Shown in pieces: positions 28,583-39,629 of a DNA stretch of 64,000 nucleotides. The notes under the pieces were generated by a model that was given only the letters and a program-made list of their open reading frames with translations, was not told the origin of the DNA and searched no databases. The position numbers and the translations under genes were made by a program. Every line of letters begins with the position of its first letter. Positions within the stretch are counted from its first letter, which is position 1. This stretch comes from Candidatus Microgenomatus sp. (lineage in GTDB: Bacteria > Patescibacteriota > Microgenomatia > UBA8517): assembly GCA_020724585.1 (NCBI GenBank), contig DYGS01000001.1:2893-66892 (forward strand). Direction: 5' to 3'.

Positions 28583-30361
28583 TCACCTCAATTCATATTT
28601 AGAAAGTAGTTTTTTGTTTCCTTCTATTTGATATTTTAGAAGCTCACTATATAGACCTTTCTTTTTAGCCAAAGTTTGTGGTTTGTCATCGTCAACTATT
28701 TTTCCTTGATCCAAAACTATTACTCTATCTGCATTTTGAATTGTTGAAAATCTATGCGCAATTACTATTGTTAGTCTGTTTTTAAATAATTTTTCTAAGG
28801 CATCTTGGACTAAATGTTCTGACCTTGAATCAAGTGAGCTTGTAGCCTCATCCAAAATTAGTATTGGTTTGTTTTGTAGTATGGCTCTTGCTATTTGAAG
28901 TCTTTGTTTTTGTCCTCCTGAAAGTTTTACTCCCCTTTCCCCTATTTGTTCATCTAGTCCATTTTTATATTTTGAGACAAAGTCCCAGGCATTTGCCTGT
29001 TTTAATGCCGAAATTATTTGGTCATCTGACTTATTATCATGTCCATATGAGACATTTTCCTTAATAGAAGCTGAAAAGAGTTCAGTGTCTTGAAAAACCA
29101 AAGCTATATGATTTCTAATAAAAGAATGGTTTAATTTTGAATAATTCTTCCCAGATAGTAATATTTTTCCTCCAGTTGGATCATATAATTTAAGTATTAA
29201 ATTAATCAAAGTTGTTTTTCCTGCACCCGAGTGGCCAACTAATGCTACTGTTTCGTTATGTTTTAAATCAAGGCTAATATTTGTTAGAACATCTCCACCT
29301 TCTTCATATTTAAAGCTCACATTTTCAAATGAAATTGTTGGTTTATTTAATATTTTTAGTTTATTAAAGTCCTTAACTGTGTTAAATTTTTCCGTTGATT
29401 TTAAAGAAAGTATTTCAAAATAAGTTTTACTATCAGCCTCAGCCCTTTGAACTTGTTCTAATATATAACTCATGGCAAATAGTGGCCATCTGAGTTGATT
29501 TAGAAGCTGTATTATTAAAACCATTTCACCAAGAGTTAAATCTCCAAAAAATGTGCGTTTGAAAATAAGATAAAGAATAATAACTAAAACTACTTCCAAT
29601 CCAAATTCCCTGATAAAATTTAAGATGTGGTAGCCATTTGATTGTTTGTCATAGATTTTATTTATTTTTTCATAAGTTGATGACAAAAAATTCCATTCAG
29701 ATCCTTGAGTGTTATATGTTTTAACAAGTCTAATGTTTCCAATTACTTCTTGTATTCTTCCCCTTATTCCATCTTCAAAAACATTCTTTTCTTCCTGCAT
29801 TTTCCCCCATCTTTTGGTTGAATAACTGGTGATATAGATATAAACAGGAAAGACAGAAAAAGCCAAAAGGCCAACTGTTAAATCAAAATAAGATAAAACT
29901 GCAATTCCAAAAATAGCTTGCAGTAAAGCCGGCATTATAAAGTTGGTGGCACCGTTTACAAAATCGCGAATTGAGTTAATTCCCCTTATAAGCTGGGCTA
30001 CTATTTTTCCTGAAATCTCACCATCAAAAAAATTTTGAGGTAATGTAAATATTTTCTTGTAAAAGATTTCAGTTAAGAATCTACCCAAGCGAGATGAGAT
30101 ATAATCACCCAATCTTTGATTAACAGAATTAAAAATGACGACAGATAAATTAATTATTAAAATTAGGCCAAAAAGAAAAGATAATTTTGAATAATCACCT
30201 GTTTTATTCCCTATTTGATTAGACAGCTCATCAACCACATATTTTAAAGTAACTGGCGTTGCTTGTTGTAAAACCGCCTGAATAATAATTAAAACACAAG
30301 CAACTAGAATGAGTTTGTGCTGTGGTTTACTAATTTCGAAGATCTTGATGATGTTTTTCAC
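28583..30361 (-). CDS. ABC exporter, fused permease/ATPase
   Basis: GHSGAGKT, LSGGQKQR, ILDEATSSLD, AHR. Confidence 0.93.
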   Translation of the reverse strand: MKNIIKIFEISKPQHKLILVACVLIIIQAVLQQATPVTLKYVVDELSNQIGNKTGDYSKLSFLFGLILIINLSVVIFNSVNQRLGDYISSRLGRFLTEIFYKKIFTLPQNFFDGEISGKIVAQLIRGINSIRDFVNGATNFIMPALLQAIFGIAVLSYFDLTVGLLAFSVFPVYIYITSYSTKRWGKMQEEKNVFEDGIRGRIQEVIGNIRLVKTYNTQGSEWNFLSSTYEKINKIYDKQSNGYHILNFIREFGLEVVLVIILYLIFKRTFFGDLTLGEMVLIIQLLNQLRWPLFAMSYILEQVQRAEADSKTYFEILSLKSTEKFNTVKDFNKLKILNKPTISFENVSFKYEEGGDVLTNISLDLKHNETVALVGHSGAGKTTLINLILKLYDPTGGKILLSGKNYSKLNHSFIRNHIALVFQDTELFSASIKENVSYGHDNKSDDQIISALKQANAWDFVSKYKNGLDEQIGERGVKLSGGQKQRLQIARAILQNKPILILDEATSSLDSRSEHLVQDALEKLFKNRLTIVIAHRFSTIQNADRVIVLDQGKIVDDDKPQTLAKKKGLYSELLKYQIEGNKKLLSKYELR

Positions 30362-30388
30362 CCTAATATTATATCTTGTTTAATGTTT

Positions 30389-30661
30389 TTAGGCACTGGC
30401 AAATTTGGGGTAATTAATTTTATTTTGCTTAGCAATAAATTGACGTCTATCAACATATAAGTCCAAAAGTCGCCTTATCATGCCTTGGTATGAGGCATTT
30501 TCTTTTTTGGCAAAACTTTTAAAAAAATTTAAACTTTTATCAGAAAGTTCTATTGTCACCCTCTTCTTTTTCTCACGCAAAACTAGCTCCTCAGGTTGAG
30601 GAAAAATATCATCAATTATCTCAAACTTAATTGGTTCATCTGTGTATTTTATTTTTTTCAT
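30389..30661 (-). CDS. BrnA/CopG-like antitoxin
   Basis: KYTDEPI...KRVTIEL...YQGMIRRLLD. Confidence 0.8.
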   Translation of the reverse strand: MKKIKYTDEPIKFEIIDDIFPQPEELVLREKKKRVTIELSDKSLNFFKSFAKKENASYQGMIRRLLDLYVDRRQFIAKQNKINYPKFASA

Positions 30662-30923
30662 AATAAGCTTTCTTTCCTTTTTTCCAATAACCTGCACCAA
30701 TTATTCTAATGTTCTTTCCTCTGTACGTAAATCGTACTGTTATTATTCTTGATTTTACTTTTCCAAAACAAAAATATCTTTTTTCAGTTTTACTATGACT
30801 TTTATCTCTAGCATAAATACGTTTTTTATCAAAAAAGGCTAGTTGAGCAATTATAAAATCAACATCATGCTTTTCAATATTTTTTAAATTTTTGCCCCCG
30901 TCCCATTCAAAATACTTGTGCAT
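30636..30923 (-). CDS. brnT: BrnT-family toxin
   Basis: FEWDGGKNLKNIEKHDVDF...IRIIGAGYWKKGK. Confidence 0.88.
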   Translation of the reverse strand: MHKYFEWDGGKNLKNIEKHDVDFIIAQLAFFDKKRIYARDKSHSKTEKRYFCFGKVKSRIITVRFTYRGKNIRIIGAGYWKKGKKAYYEKNKIHR

Positions 30924-31047
30924 AATTATATTACTATTTATATGTATACTTGTCAATACTGTTACATAATATTGATATCTATGTATCTAATTGTAGTACA
31001 TTTTAATTTAAAAGTGCTATATAATAGCCTTGTTCGTTAATGTATAA

Positions 31048-31119
31048 TCCGCGATAGCTCAACGGCAGAGCAACAAGCTGTTAACTTGAAGGTTGTAGGT
31101 TCGAATCCTACTCGCGGAG
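31048..31119 (+). tRNA. tRNA-Asn(GTT)
   Basis: TCCGCGA/TCGCGGA acceptor stem, CT-GTT-AA loop, GGTTCGAATCC T-arm. Confidence 0.95.
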
Positions 31120-31166
31120 CAGGATATAATTAAAATTTTAAAGTTTGATAATCTTTCTAATTTGAA

Positions 31167-31580
31167 TTATTCTTCAACAACTTCTTTTGTCTTTTTTACC
31201 TTTGGGGCTTTAACTACTTTTTCTTCTATAACTACTGGTGATTCTGTTTCCATTTCAAGTTTTTCTTGTTTAGGTGTCAAAAGTTCAATGATTTTGTCCA
31301 TTTTTGAGCTTAATTCATTGAATTGCTTTGAGTAATCAACTTTTTGCGGTCTTTCATCTCTTCTGTTATTCCCACTCTTATTACCCATTTTTTCAAAACA
31401 ATCGGAACAATACACAGGTTTACCTGAAGTTGGGTTAAAAGGGACTTTACAACTCTTTCCACAATTACTACAAATTGCATCAAACATTTCCCTTGGAGCA
31501 CTACTTCGTCCAAATCCACCACGATTTCTGTCAAATGGTCTACCACTTCGGCTGTCTCTATTAAATCTTCCCATATCCAT
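31167..31580 (-). CDS. CxxC-x17-CxxC domain protein
   Basis: MFDAICSNCGKSCKVPF.P...PVYCSDCF. Confidence 0.88.
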   Translation of the reverse strand: MDMGRFNRDSRSGRPFDRNRGGFGRSSAPREMFDAICSNCGKSCKVPFNPTSGKPVYCSDCFEKMGNKSGNNRRDERPQKVDYSKQFNELSSKMDKIIELLTPKQEKLEMETESPVVIEEKVVKAPKVKKTKEVVEE

Positions 31581-31603
31581 GTATTGTGACAGGTATTTAA
31601 AAA

Positions 31604-32176
31604 TTAGATAGTGGCAATAATATTTTTGACAAAATCTATCCTGTGGTGTTTTGTTATTCCAAATTTTTTAATTGCCTCAATATGTTTTTTGGTTCCATAG
31701 CCTACATTATTTAAAAAGTCATAGTTAGGAAAGTCTTGATGAAGATTATGCATCAAAATATCTCTAGTTACTTTTGCAATAATACTTGAGGCCATAACTG
31801 TTTCGAATAAGTTATCGGCTTTCACAACCGAATTCGTCTTAGATAAGTTTATTTTTAGATTTCCATCAACTATATATTCATCTGCTTTAATTTTTTTAAT
31901 TAGTTTTCTAAAACCTTCTGCATTACAAAGACCTATCCCCTTTTGGTTTATTTCGTCAACTGAAATTTCTAATGTTTCAAAATAAACCAAATTGTTTTTC
32001 AATTCATCAACTATTTTGTTTCTTTGAAGTTTTGTCATTTTTTTAGAATCTCTAAATACAAGATTACCTAATTTTTGTTTAAGTGACTTATTTTCTTGAT
32101 AGACACTTGCACACATTAGCATAGGCCCAGCAAGAGCTCCTCTTCCAACCTCATCCAAACCACAAATTAATTTCAT
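31604..32176 (-). CDS. rnhB: Ribonuclease HII
   Basis: GLDEVGRGALAGP, DSKK, VDG, ASSIIAKVTRD, GYGT. Confidence 0.93.
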   Translation of the reverse strand: MKLICGLDEVGRGALAGPMLMCASVYQENKSLKQKLGNLVFRDSKKMTKLQRNKIVDELKNNLVYFETLEISVDEINQKGIGLCNAEGFRKLIKKIKADEYIVDGNLKINLSKTNSVVKADNLFETVMASSIIAKVTRDILMHNLHQDFPNYDFLNNVGYGTKKHIEAIKKFGITKHHRIDFVKNIIATI

Positions 32177-32190
32177 GTTATGATTATACA

Positions 32191-32652
32191 ATGGCTAAAA
32201 AGATTGTAATTATTTTAGTTATTCTGGTTATCATTGCTTCTTTATTTCTATTGCAAAAACCAAAAGAAAAATCTGAGATAGAAATGCCAAAAACAGAAAA
32301 ATTGAATCAAGAATTTAAACCATTTAACGCTAGTTTTGAAATAATTACAAATGGGACCAAAAGGATTTTTACTGATTCCAAGTATCACAATAGAAACCCA
32401 TTTGTTTACATTGAAAAAGGTAACCCGAATGTAATAATAGTTAAAAAAGAAGACACAAAGTGGTCTGAATTTTTTGACTCACTTCCAAGCCCAATGAAGT
32501 TAACAAAAGAATGTTTAACAACCGGAACAGGCCAAAAGTTTTGTACTAATAAAGATAGAAAACTATATTTTTTCTTAAATGGTAGTGAAAAACCAAATGT
32601 GCTGGACCTTTTTATTAAAAACGAAGATTATCTATTGATTGAGTATAAATGA
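32191..32652 (+). CDS. Membrane-anchored/exported hypothetical protein
   Basis: N-terminal hydrophobic helix; CLTTGTGQKFC. Confidence 0.65.
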   Translation: MAKKIVIILVILVIIASLFLLQKPKEKSEIEMPKTEKLNQEFKPFNASFEIITNGTKRIFTDSKYHNRNPFVYIEKGNPNVIIVKKEDTKWSEFFDSLPSPMKLTKECLTTGTGQKFCTNKDRKLYFFLNGSEKPNVLDLFIKNEDYLLIEYK

Positions 32653-32673
32653 TTAAACTGTATACTTTTTAGT

Positions 32674-34023
32674 ATGAAAATTAAATTTTTGGGAGCTTCT
32701 GGAACAGTTACTGGTTCTTCGTATGCTTTAGAATCAGATAATGGCACAGCAATTTTAATTGATCTTGGTATGTTTCAAGGCCCGCATGAGGTTGAAAAGC
32801 ATAACCACGAGCCTTTTGACTATGATGCTTCTAAACTTTCTGCAGTAATTTTAACCCATGCTCATTTAGATCACTGCGGTAGGCTTCCAATTTTATTTAA
32901 AAAGGGGTTTAAAGGTAACATCTACATGACCCATCCCACTAAGGACTTAACAGACTTAACCTTAATGGATACTGTTAAAATTGCAAAAGAAGATGCTACA
33001 GAAAGTTTATATTCGCTTTCTGATGTTATCAATATCTCAAAGCAATTTATAACCATAAATTATCATGAAGAAATTCATATAGGAGATTTTCTAATCAAAT
33101 TATATGATGCGGGGCATATCTTAGGATCAAGTAGTGTAGAAATTGTCGATAAAAATTCCAAAGGTAATTTTAGAAAAATTATATTCAGTGGAGACATTGG
33201 AAACTACCCGGCTCAACTTGAAGAAAAAACTGAATTTTTAAAAGATGGTGATGTAGTTATATTAGAATCAACATATGGAGATAGACTTCACCCTAATGAA
33301 AATATATTTGAAGCAATTAAAAATGAAATAAACGAAGTTGAAAAAAGTGGAGGAACTCTATTAATTCCCACTTTTTCACTTGATAGGGCCCAAGAACTAC
33401 TGCACTTAATTGGACATTTGAAAAGAGAAAATAAAATATCAAAAACTACACCAATCATACTTGATAGCCCAATGGCGGAAAAGGCTACAAGAATATATGT
33501 TGATTATCCAAAATTATTTAATGACCATATTGAAGAAGATTATAAAAGAGGAGAACTTTTTGACTTTGAAGGATTAGAGGTAATTAAAAATTGGAAAGAC
33601 AGTCAAAAAATACACGACAGGACTGAGGCTAAAGTGATAATTGCAGGAAGTGGAATGATGGTTGGTGGTAGAATTGTTGGACATGCAAGCTATTATCTTC
33701 CAATGTCAACTACAAGGCTTATGATTGTTGGATATCAGGGTGATGGGACATTAGGAAGAGAACTTTTGGATGGAAAAAGAACAGTATTTATAAATAACCA
33801 AAGAGTTGAAGTGGCAGCATCGGTTCATGATTCACAAGCCATGAGTTCACATGCAGATCAGAAACAACTTTTAGAGTGGCTTAAAAATATTAAAGGAGTT
33901 AAAAAAGTATTTTTAACACACGGAGATGACGAAGCGAGAAAAACGCTCTCAGACATCATTAAGAAAGATTTAAAAATTGATGATGTAACGCTCCCGATTC
34001 TCAATCAAGAAATTTCTTTTTGA
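32674..34023 (+). CDS. MBL-fold/beta-CASP RNA-processing metallohydrolase
   Basis: THAHLDHCG, AGHILGS, FSGD, ESTYG, SSHADQ, THGD. Confidence 0.92.
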   Translation: MKIKFLGASGTVTGSSYALESDNGTAILIDLGMFQGPHEVEKHNHEPFDYDASKLSAVILTHAHLDHCGRLPILFKKGFKGNIYMTHPTKDLTDLTLMDTVKIAKEDATESLYSLSDVINISKQFITINYHEEIHIGDFLIKLYDAGHILGSSSVEIVDKNSKGNFRKIIFSGDIGNYPAQLEEKTEFLKDGDVVILESTYGDRLHPNENIFEAIKNEINEVEKSGGTLLIPTFSLDRAQELLHLIGHLKRENKISKTTPIILDSPMAEKATRIYVDYPKLFNDHIEEDYKRGELFDFEGLEVIKNWKDSQKIHDRTEAKVIIAGSGMMVGGRIVGHASYYLPMSTTRLMIVGYQGDGTLGRELLDGKRTVFINNQRVEVAASVHDSQAMSSHADQKQLLEWLKNIKGVKKVFLTHGDDEARKTLSDIIKKDLKIDDVTLPILNQEISF

Positions 34024-34038
34024 TATAATAAAATATAA

Positions 34039-34863
34039 ATGAAAATTAAAAAACTTGTGAGTCTCTTGTTTATACCATGTCTAGCCTGGGTTGTGTTTGC
34101 AGCTAGCCAAGTTTATGCGCAGGAATTTAATTTCACAAAAGCAAAAGCAGATTATATTTTTCAGTCAGACAATTATAAAAATGCTCTTTTTGATTTTAAT
34201 TCAAAAAAAGATTCATACAATAAAAATCAGACGCTTTCTTTAAAAGAGGAGCTTCGCATATCACTTCTTAATTTTGTAGGCATTCGAAATGAATTTATCA
34301 AAAGTTACCTTAATCTTCTTCGAACCAAAACTGTTGAAGCGGCGGGACTGGGTGAAGCCCAAAAACAATCAATTTACACCCAGCTTGACAAGGAAGTTGT
34401 TTGGTACGATAGCAGGGAAAATAGTTATTCAAAAGATAACACCTTAGAAGATATTTTAAATAAATCGAAAGAGGAAGACTCACGATACGAAACAGAAACC
34501 GACCCCGCCATTAAATATACTCTGGCCTATCTAAGCTATAGCGATATAACTTTGTTAAAAAATAAACATTTGGAAATTTATAAAAAATTAAAAACTGAGT
34601 CTGAAACTCTTGTTGGTCTTAAGCGGGCAGACCAGAATCTTTTTAAAAGATGGTTTGACGATATAGACAGAGAGCTTTCCAATTTAGAAGCAGTTGAAAA
34701 AGAAGCAGTGGATGCAACAGCCAAGATTTATGCAGAAGAATCTTGGGAAAGAAGAAAATCTTATGAAAATGTTGTTGAAATTCTGCAAAAAAGTATCTCA
34801 AACTTATCAAGACTTAACAATTTTATTAAAGAGTTAGAAACAGTTATAAAAAATATCAGATGA
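34039..34863 (+). CDS. Secreted helical hypothetical protein
   Basis: Signal peptide ending VYA-Q. Confidence 0.65.
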   Translation: MKIKKLVSLLFIPCLAWVVFAASQVYAQEFNFTKAKADYIFQSDNYKNALFDFNSKKDSYNKNQTLSLKEELRISLLNFVGIRNEFIKSYLNLLRTKTVEAAGLGEAQKQSIYTQLDKEVVWYDSRENSYSKDNTLEDILNKSKEEDSRYETETDPAIKYTLAYLSYSDITLLKNKHLEIYKKLKTESETLVGLKRADQNLFKRWFDDIDRELSNLEAVEKEAVDATAKIYAEESWERRKSYENVVEILQKSISNLSRLNNFIKELETVIKNIR

Positions 34864-35222
34864 AAGAAAAAATAAATAAGTTTTTATTAAAAGCTAAAGA
34901 AGTCTGGTTAGTAATTGATGCAAAAGTCAGAGAACTTATACCTAATGATAGGTTAAGAAAAGTTCTTTATATCACAATCTCGTCTTTTGTCGGCCTTTTT
35001 GTGTTTCTTATTTTGCTTGGGATACTGTTGTCTCCATTTAGACGAAACGGTGAAGCAGGATTTAGTATTCTTAAGCCAAGAATTGATTCACAATTAAATA
35101 GGGAGATCGTTTTAACCGAAACTGAAAAGGAATTGCAGAAACTTGAAAGTGAAATTAGAAACTTAAAGTTTCCCCAAAGTGAACTAACCATCCCCGATAT
35201 TTTATTCAAGATAGTCCTGTAA
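34860..35222 (+). CDS. Single-TM hypothetical protein
   Basis: ATGA-coupled to the upstream gene; one TM and a coiled segment. Confidence 0.6.
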   Translation: MKEKINKFLLKAKEVWLVIDAKVRELIPNDRLRKVLYITISSFVGLFVFLILLGILLSPFRRNGEAGFSILKPRIDSQLNREIVLTETEKELQKLESEIRNLKFPQSELTIPDILFKIVL

Positions 35223-36281
35223 TTTTTTACGCCTTGATGGATGTTTGAGTTTGCGAAGCGCTTTGGCCTCGATTTGTCTAATTCTTTCTCTGGTAACTCC
35301 AAAAACTTTTCCAACTTCTTCTAGGGTCATTTGTTTTGTCCCTTCCAAACCAAACCTTAATTTTAATACTTTTGCTTCCCTTTCCGTTAAGGTCCCTAGG
35401 ACTTCATCTAAGTGATCTTTAAGAAGTTGTTTACTTGCCTGATCAACCGGAGAGAGTTGGTTTTCATCGGGTATAAAATCTCCCAAAATACTTTCCTGGT
35501 CCTCCCCGACAGGAGCTTCCAAAGATGTTGTTTCCTGAGCAATTTTGAATATCTCTCTGACTCGCTCAGCATCAAGATCAACCTGCTCGCCAATTTCCTC
35601 GGCAGTTGGCTCCCTGCCAAGCTCCTGCATCAACCTTCGACTAACTCTATAAAGCTTGTTTATCGTCTCAACCATATGGACCGGAATTCTAATGGTTCTG
35701 GCCTGATCAGCTATGGCACGGGTTATGGCTTGTCTTATCCACCAAGTGGCATAAGTTGAGAATTTAAAACCTTTTCTCCAATCGTATTTTTCAACAGCAC
35801 GGATCAATCCCTGATTCCCTTCCTGAATTAAATCCAAAAGAGACAAGCCTCTACCTATATATTTCTTGGCAATTGAAACAACTAACCTTAAATTACTTTC
35901 TGTTAACTTGTCTTTGGAGCGCTTATCGCCTTTCTCATACTTCTTGGCATACTCAATTTCATCCTCGGCATTTAAAAGTGTTACCCTCCCGATTTCTCTT
36001 AAATATTGTCTGACTGGATCGGTTGATTCAATTCCCTCAAGTCTTGTTAGAAGTTCAATTTCCTTATCAAGTTTTTCTTTTGAAGTTTCAATTGTAAGCT
36101 CATCATCGCTTGTAACTGACTCAAAAACATCAATTCCTTCACCAATTAATTTATCATAAAGATCATCAAGCTCCTCAATTCTATCTTCAGCATCGGGATA
36201 AATCTCTAAAATTTCATCCTGAGTCAAAAATCCCTGCTCCCTAGCTTTTTTGATGATATCTACAACTTGTTTTCTAATCAT
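35202..36281 (-). CDS. rpoD: RNA polymerase primary sigma factor
   Basis: [51 protein letters not shown]. Confidence 0.97.
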   Translation of the reverse strand: MIRKQVVDIIKKAREQGFLTQDEILEIYPDAEDRIEELDDLYDKLIGEGIDVFESVTSDDELTIETSKEKLDKEIELLTRLEGIESTDPVRQYLREIGRVTLLNAEDEIEYAKKYEKGDKRSKDKLTESNLRLVVSIAKKYIGRGLSLLDLIQEGNQGLIRAVEKYDWRKGFKFSTYATWWIRQAITRAIADQARTIRIPVHMVETINKLYRVSRRLMQELGREPTAEEIGEQVDLDAERVREIFKIAQETTSLEAPVGEDQESILGDFIPDENQLSPVDQASKQLLKDHLDEVLGTLTEREAKVLKLRFGLEGTKQMTLEEVGKVFGVTRERIRQIEAKALRKLKHPSRRKKLQDYLE

Positions 36282-36302
36282 TGCTTTTTTTTATTTTAAA
36301 GA

Positions 36303-38054
36303 CTAACTCTCCTCTTCAAGTTTTGAGAGTTTTTCAGCAAGTTGTGTAAAAATATTTTGGAGTCTCGATACCTCTGTATCGTTTCCCGATTGTTCTTGCT
36401 CTCTTATTTCCCCCGCCAACTTTTCCAACGACTGTCTAATATCAAGTATTTTAAGCTCTTTGATTAAAATATTCAAATCCTCTTTTTCAGAAACAGAGAG
36501 AATAATATCTGAAAAGCCTTTTTTAAATTCATCGGGAAGAATTTCTAAAATTTCTTTTATATCTAATTTATTGGCTTTTTTAATCTTTTGGCATATCAAA
36601 TCGTAGGTTCTTTTAACAAACGGTGTAGTAATCAATTGTTTAATTTCCTGATCAAAAAATAAATCGTCTTTTGAAAGTATCAAATTTGCAAAAACCGCCT
36701 CCTCTAAAAGCTGTCTTCTGTCTTTTTTCTCATCCAATCTTTCAATAGCCGCTACCTTCTCACTGTTTTTATTTTTATTTTCTTTTAAGACTTCCTGTTC
36801 TACCGCCTCAATTGAAACAGATAATCTTCTTGCAACCAAATCCATATAGTGGGATTGAACAATTTTGTCTTCAATTAGTGCTAAAAGTGGCGTAATTTCG
36901 CGGCTTATCACGGCCTTCGTTTCTCCCTTTAGATTTTTAAATTTGGCAAAAACCTGGTCAATCAAAAAATCCCAGATGGATTTTGAATTAGACAAAATCT
37001 TTTTAAACTCATTGGGATTTTTCCTTGCAATTTCATCCGGATCTTTATAATTTTTAATCTCAGCTACTTTTACATCAAATCCAAAATTTGAAGCAAGAAT
37101 TGCTCCCCTTTTAGAAGCCTCATCTCCGGCAAAATCGGCATCTAAACATAAAATCATTTTTTTACAAAACCTACCCAAAAGTCTTATTTGATCTTCTGTT
37201 AAAGCGGAGCCTTTAATTGCAACAACATTTCTAAAACCCGCGGAGTAAGTTGAAATCATGTCAAGCTCACCCTCAACTATTATTGCAAAGCCTTTATCGC
37301 GGATTTCGTTTTTGGAAATATTTAGCCCATACAAAATTTTTGATTTGTGATATGCGGGAGTCTCGGGAGAATTTATATATTTTCCAGCTTCGCGCCTATC
37401 CCAAGGCAATACTCTTCCTGAAAAACCAACGGGATTATCACGGTGGTCAAAAAGTGGAAAAATTATTCTACCTCCAAACCTATCTATAACCCCTTTTCTA
37501 GTTTTAACAGCAAGTCCGCCTAAAACCAGGTCGCTTTGACTAATTTTTTTCTTTTTTTCCAAATACTCAATTAGCGCGCTGGAAAAATCTGGGGAAAAGC
37601 CAATTTTAAACTTTTTTATTTGATCAAGGCTTAAGCCCCTATTTTTTAATAAATAATTTAAGGCCTTTTCACCAGATTTGTGTTGGGTTAGCGCGTATTG
37701 ATAAAAATTTAGCGCATTTTTATTCATTTCTATTATTTTTTCCTTTTGGCTTGTTTCATGGGGTTTATAAAGTTTAAGTTTTACTCCAACTCTGTCTGCC
37801 AAATATTTGAGTGCTTCACTAAATTCCATAGATTCGTGGCGCTCCAGAAATGAAAAGACATCACCACTTGCTCCACATCCAAAACATTTAAAAATCTGAA
37901 GTTCGGGGGATACAAAAAAAGACGGGGTTTTCTCTCCATGAAATGGACAATTGGCCTTATAATTTCTGCCCGCTTTTTTAAGTTCCAAATATTCGGAAAT
38001 CAACGAAACAATATCTGTTTTGCTTTTCACCTCTTCTACTTGATTGTTTGCCAT
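36303..38054 (-). CDS. dnaG: DNA primase
   Basis: CPFHGEKTPSF..CFGC, KYINSPET, VEGELD, DADFAG. Confidence 0.97.
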   Translation of the reverse strand: MANNQVEEVKSKTDIVSLISEYLELKKAGRNYKANCPFHGEKTPSFFVSPELQIFKCFGCGASGDVFSFLERHESMEFSEALKYLADRVGVKLKLYKPHETSQKEKIIEMNKNALNFYQYALTQHKSGEKALNYLLKNRGLSLDQIKKFKIGFSPDFSSALIEYLEKKKKISQSDLVLGGLAVKTRKGVIDRFGGRIIFPLFDHRDNPVGFSGRVLPWDRREAGKYINSPETPAYHKSKILYGLNISKNEIRDKGFAIIVEGELDMISTYSAGFRNVVAIKGSALTEDQIRLLGRFCKKMILCLDADFAGDEASKRGAILASNFGFDVKVAEIKNYKDPDEIARKNPNEFKKILSNSKSIWDFLIDQVFAKFKNLKGETKAVISREITPLLALIEDKIVQSHYMDLVARRLSVSIEAVEQEVLKENKNKNSEKVAAIERLDEKKDRRQLLEEAVFANLILSKDDLFFDQEIKQLITTPFVKRTYDLICQKIKKANKLDIKEILEILPDEFKKGFSDIILSVSEKEDLNILIKELKILDIRQSLEKLAGEIREQEQSGNDTEVSRLQNIFTQLAEKLSKLEEES

Positions 38055-38109
38055 AAGTTAATTGAATTATATCATCGACCTATTACATAATTCTGTACAG
38101 ATTGTCAAA

Positions 38110-38838
38110 CTACAATTCGAGTACTAGTGGCAAATGATCAGAAATTTTAATTTCAGGAACAAGAAGATTTTTAACCTTAATAGACTTGTCAACAAAACAA
38201 TAGTCCGCATACTTTTGTTTACCGTAATATTCATAGCCCCTATTTTTTGATTTTTCTCGCGCTTCACTCCATGCCATTTCATTCCTTGTTGTTTTGATGT
38301 TATATTCGAGAACCAAATTTTTATAACCTAATTTCTCAAAAATTTTAATACTTTTAGTTTCTGGATTTAAATTAAAATCACCCCCTATAATTTTGTTGCT
38401 GTCCTTATTTTTATAACTATCAAGAATTATTTCAGACTGTTTAATTCTGGCCCTAGTGTCATTTTTATGTCCGGGAGTTGCCATTCCATGAACATTTCCA
38501 ATTGAATATTTTTTGCCATTAAATTCCAGATCTATGTTTTGCAAAAAACCGTAATTGCGATTTATATTTTTGAAGATTTCTATAGACTCAAAACCTGTTA
38601 TTTTTATATTCTCGTTTACCGCGACCAACTGACCGTAATTTGGATAGCCCTCAAAATTATTTTGGGTTTGACTAAAAAATGTGGTAAAATTTTTAAAAGT
38701 GCTACTTGATAATAAACTCAGATTATCACTGCTAATTTCTTGTAAGCAAAATAGATTGGCGCCGATGTTGTCATTAAAAAAATCAATGATATTTGTTTTT
38801 AATCTAAGGTAATAGCAATTTAAAAATATTATCTTCAT
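38110..38838 (-). CDS. Endonuclease/exonuclease/phosphatase-family protein
   Basis: CLQE, GGDFN, ISDHLP. Confidence 0.85.
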   Translation of the reverse strand: MKIIFLNCYYLRLKTNIIDFFNDNIGANLFCLQEISSDNLSLLSSSTFKNFTTFFSQTQNNFEGYPNYGQLVAVNENIKITGFESIEIFKNINRNYGFLQNIDLEFNGKKYSIGNVHGMATPGHKNDTRARIKQSEIILDSYKNKDSNKIIGGDFNLNPETKSIKIFEKLGYKNLVLEYNIKTTRNEMAWSEAREKSKNRGYEYYGKQKYADYCFVDKSIKVKNLLVPEIKISDHLPLVLEL

Positions 38839-38846
38839 TAAATTTC

Positions 38847-39326
38847 TTATGTTTTAAAATGATTCATAATACTGTTAAGCATTTGTTGTAGGCACCAGTT
38901 TGCATAAAGAGGTCCCAACAAATAACTTATTGGGCGGATAAAAAAGGATTTTGGCAATTGATAGTCTATAAACAATTTCACTTTAGAGCCATTGTTCACT
39001 TTGTTAATTTCTATACCCATTTTATAACCACCAATTACAATCAATCTAGGTTCATCTACTGTTTTCCATTCTTTTCTGTTGGGTGGGTCATAATGAGTTA
39101 CAACTTCATCAAGAAATAGCAATATCCCAAATACCTTACCCTCCATTTTTAAATGAGAACCAATTTTTTTAAAATGCCCGCTATCAATTGATGTTTCCAT
39201 CTTTCCTCCACTCATCATCCAAGAAGATTTACCCATATGCGAAGAAAGGTGGGAATGCTCATCAATAAACTCAAAGACCTCAGTAGGCGTGGCTTTTACA
39301 AAGACAATTTTTTCTTGATGAACCAC
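38847..39326 (-). CDS. SRPBCC-family protein
   Basis: ATPTEVFEFID...YDPP..K.W; C-terminal helix. Confidence 0.65.
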   Translation of the reverse strand: MVHQEKIVFVKATPTEVFEFIDEHSHLSSHMGKSSWMMSGGKMETSIDSGHFKKIGSHLKMEGKVFGILLFLDEVVTHYDPPNRKEWKTVDEPRLIVIGGYKMGIEINKVNNGSKVKLFIDYQLPKSFFIRPISYLLGPLYANWCLQQMLNSIMNHFKT

Positions 39327-39368
39327 TATGAATAAATTATCTCACAAATTATGTTTTTAGCATAACAA

Positions 39369-39482
39369 GCGGTAAGGGAGAGATTCACCGTGCAATTACA
39401 ATACTTAGCACCATCGAATCGATCCCGATCGCGAGCAAAGCGAGCGATTTGCTATGCAAATCTTTAGCCTCGTTAAGCGGGG
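39369..39482 (-). mobile_element. Mini-element downstream of tRNA-Ser(GGA), ending in a duplicated tRNA 3' end
   Basis: 17/18 copy of the tRNA 3' end at 39369-39386; ~50-bp core shared with 41039-41091. Confidence 0.55.
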
Positions 39483-39570
39483 CGGTGAGGGAGAGATTCG
39501 AACTCTCGATAACCGTAAAGGCTATACGCGCTCTCCAAGCGCGCGCACTCGACCACTATGCGACCTCACC
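39483..39570 (-). tRNA. tRNA-Ser(GGA)
   Basis: GGTGAGG/CCTCACC acceptor, CGCGC-TTGGAGA-GCGCG anticodon arm, long variable arm. Confidence 0.93.
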
Positions 39571-39629
39571 GAGTCAGCAGACGAGGTGAAGGAGCACAAG
39601 ATTTGTCTTATGCGACCTCACCGAGTCAG

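Noticed and set aside
30361-30990. Direct repeat around the second BrnT/BrnA pair (TAATATT(G)ATATCT)
   Set aside because: Short and AT-rich; compatible with chance.
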